This document shows, in pieces, positions 58,801 through 64,000 of a DNA stretch of 64,000 nt. Each line of letters starts with the position of its first letter. Positions within the stretch are counted from its first letter, which is position 1. The notes below the pieces were generated by a model. It saw only the letters and a program-made list of their open reading frames with translations. It searched no databases and had not been told where the DNA came from. Origin of the DNA: Salpingoeca rosetta (taxonomy: Eukaryota; Protista; Choanoflagellata); contig JAWQFM010000005.1 in assembly GCA_033442325.1 (NCBI GenBank), positions 2,308,477 through 2,372,476 on the forward strand, given 5' to 3'. The translations under genes were made by a program, and so were the position numbers.

Positions 58801-60030
58801 GTGTGTGTTTGCATGCGTGTGCACACGTGTCAGTGAGTGAGTGCTTTGTTTGTATGTTTGGATGGGCTTACAGATACCCACACATATACTCTCTCTCGTG
58901 CTGGGAGAAGGCAAGCAAGTGCATTATGTTCGTACGCGCGGCTCACCTGAGAAGGCGGTTGTCAGGATGAGAACAAGGAAGCATGCAATGGCATCCTTCA
59001 GCATTGTCTGCAGTGTGCGTACGCAGGGCGGGGGGTAACAGCAAACGTGTGAACTCGATGCTCAAGATAAGCTCGGGGCATACACCAAGAGAAATACATG
59101 TGTACATGCGAATGAAAGCACCTGCGAGGACACTGATAACAACACACACACACAAGCACACACAAGCACACACACACACACACACACACACAAGCACACA
59201 CAAGCACACACAATCACACAAGCACGTACACATGCAAACAACACTCTCACACAGCCGCAAACACACACGCACACACGTCGGAAGCAGTTACGCACGTCCG
59301 CTGGCTTCGGCTGGAGGTGGAATACGAGCCGGCTCGCAAGGGAATAGACGGCGAGGAACATGGCAATGCCGTGGGCCAAGAGATGACTGGGCCCAACGTT
59401 TTCCATGTATGTGACCAGCATCTGGTCGCCAACTTGCAGCGAGCTTCCCATCTTCAAGATTGCCGCACCAAAGCCCTTCAAGCACACGCAACGAATTCGT
59501 TATTGAGCGTGCTCACATCAACAAGGTACGCTGGATTGAGCAGAGGCGCGAGCAAGCATAGAACCCCGAAGGAAGGGGCTGGAAACTGTGATATGTGCTG
59601 CAGCAAAACACACGTTATCCCTCGACAAGCGAAGTACACACCGCACCCCCCCTCCCACACACACACATACACACACACATACCACTTGAAAGACGCGTGT
59701 GATAACGTCCAGCTTGAGGAGCGGATCAAAGTCCGCAAACTGCTGCATCACGGATGCCATCATGATGTGCGGTGTACGTTGCTTAGCCCCTGGTGAATGC
59801 TGAGTGAAACCGCATCAGCGTGGCAGCAAAGTCGAGGAAATGAACATGACGAGATGAGAATCAGAAACTTGTCGGCAGGCTGCTGGGCACACACACACAC
59901 ACACACCTACGCACACACATACACGCACACACACATACACATAGAGCGCCGTATTACCCAACACAACAGCACGCGAGGGTGCAAGCAAGCACGGCAACAA
60001 CAACCAGAGCATCCCCATCCGCATCCTCAT
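58625..60030 (-). CDS. Hypothetical membrane or secretory protein, multi-exon, runs into the gap
   Basis: Signal-like MRMRMGMLWLLLPCLLAPSRAVVL, then short GT-AG-bounded exons: HIMMASVMQQFADFDPLLKLDVITRVFQV; GFGAAILKMG...LLAHGIAMFLAVYSLASRLVFHL; TMLKDAIACFLVLILTTAFS; SWADAVERMEVDPNRRIDTFI. No family recognised. Confidence 0.4.
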
Positions 60031-60255
60031 GGTGTCATCGCAGTCGTCATCGCTACCTCGAGAGTTGCGTTTGCCGTGCCGCAGAAAATGCCCAGGTATC
60101 ATCCACAAAACTGCAACAACTGAGAAAAGCCAATGAAAATATTAGACAATTCTCTGCACTGTGCTTTTGTTTGCTCCACCACAACAAACACCACAAGGAC
60201 CAACTAACCAAGCCCGCACACCCCATCCATCCAGCCACACACAACAAGACAGGCC

Positions 60256-63226
<2,971 letters not shown>

Positions 63227-63805
63227 GAGATGGAGGACAGGTGTTGTGATGTGATACATTGGTTGCATCGTTTTGGTCGGTGTGTGTGTGTGTGTGTGTC
63301 TGATGGGCTTTGGAGCTTGTAGTGCAGGCAGGCGAAGGTGTTTCGCCTCTCACGTGCAATGTGCTAGCCGTTCTGAAGATGTGATTGGAAGGAACAGCGT
63401 TGAATAGTTGAGATGAGTGGGAGAGCGTGCTGGAGAGAGGGGGGGGGGGTGCTCTTGGTGTAATTGGTTGGTTGGTGGCATTGGTTCGCTCGTTTGGGTT
63501 GTGTTGCACATTGCTTGGTTGCTCTCTTAGATTACAGCGAAGCCAAATCTACTTTGGGGGTCAGCACACTTGCGAAGAAATCGAAACACACGCACGCACA
63601 CGCACGCACACAACAGCAGCAGGAGGTGCAGTGCACGAGGGCACACGCACGCAGGTCAACACTACAGCGAAGCAAAAGCAACAGTCTGGTACGGGGGCGG
63701 GGTCAGCACACACACACACACATGCATCAGCAGTGAACGCAAAAACAAACCGATTCAAGCGTTGCCGTGAGTTGGACAAGCAAGAAAACATTCCAAAAAA
63801 CAAGC

Positions 63806-63926
63806 AAGAAGAAGAAGAAGAAGAAGAAGAAGAAGAAGAAGAAGAAGAAGAAGAAGAAGAAGAAGAAGAAGAAGAAGAAGAAAGAACAGTCTCCAATAGA
63901 CGATGGTGCAGCGGCACGATCCTGAC

Positions 63927-63957
<31 letters not shown>

Positions 63958-63958
63958 G

Positions 63959-64000
<42 letters not shown>
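63806..64000. repeat. (GAA)n followed by (CAT)n trinucleotide microsatellites
   Basis: gaa repeats at ~63806-63882; cat repeats from ~63928 to the window end. Confidence 0.95.

Overview
Intron-rich, GC-rich eukaryotic DNA with (CA/TG)n microsatellites in most introns and four N-gaps. Gene content and intron style suggest a choanoflagellate such as Salpingoeca rosetta (inference). Most ORFs in the supplied track are microsatellite or antisense noise, so genes were reassembled by eye from spliced exons and family calls rest on remembered motifs, not database searches. Left to right: 3' part of a PPR protein (+); ELMO/CED-12 (-); a probable Nnf1/PMF1 kinetochore gene (+); a poly-Q bZIP (+); a secreted Sushi/cubilin-N-like/coiled-coil/Cys-rich/PA14 protein (+); an acidic hypothetical (-); dynein light chain LC8 (-); Integrator subunit 1 (-); a truncated ABC-transporter TM fragment (+); a small multipass membrane protein (-); a GH20 beta-hexosaminidase (-) in which one exon end is replaced by a ~380-bp foreign-looking segment; an intronless secreted LRR/L-domain repeat protein (+); ~6 kb with no recognisable gene; AP-4 mu (-); an ARF GTPase (+); a truncated PI-PLC-X protein (+) colliding with a DUF4139-like protein carrying an internal ubiquitin domain (-); a hypothetical membrane protein (-); and a SMAP-type ArfGAP (+). 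The best candidates for new biology are the two secreted proteins that seem to share a cubilin-N-like oligomerisation module with different recognition heads, the ubiquitin-DUF4139 fusion, and the anomalous segment in the hexosaminidase gene.
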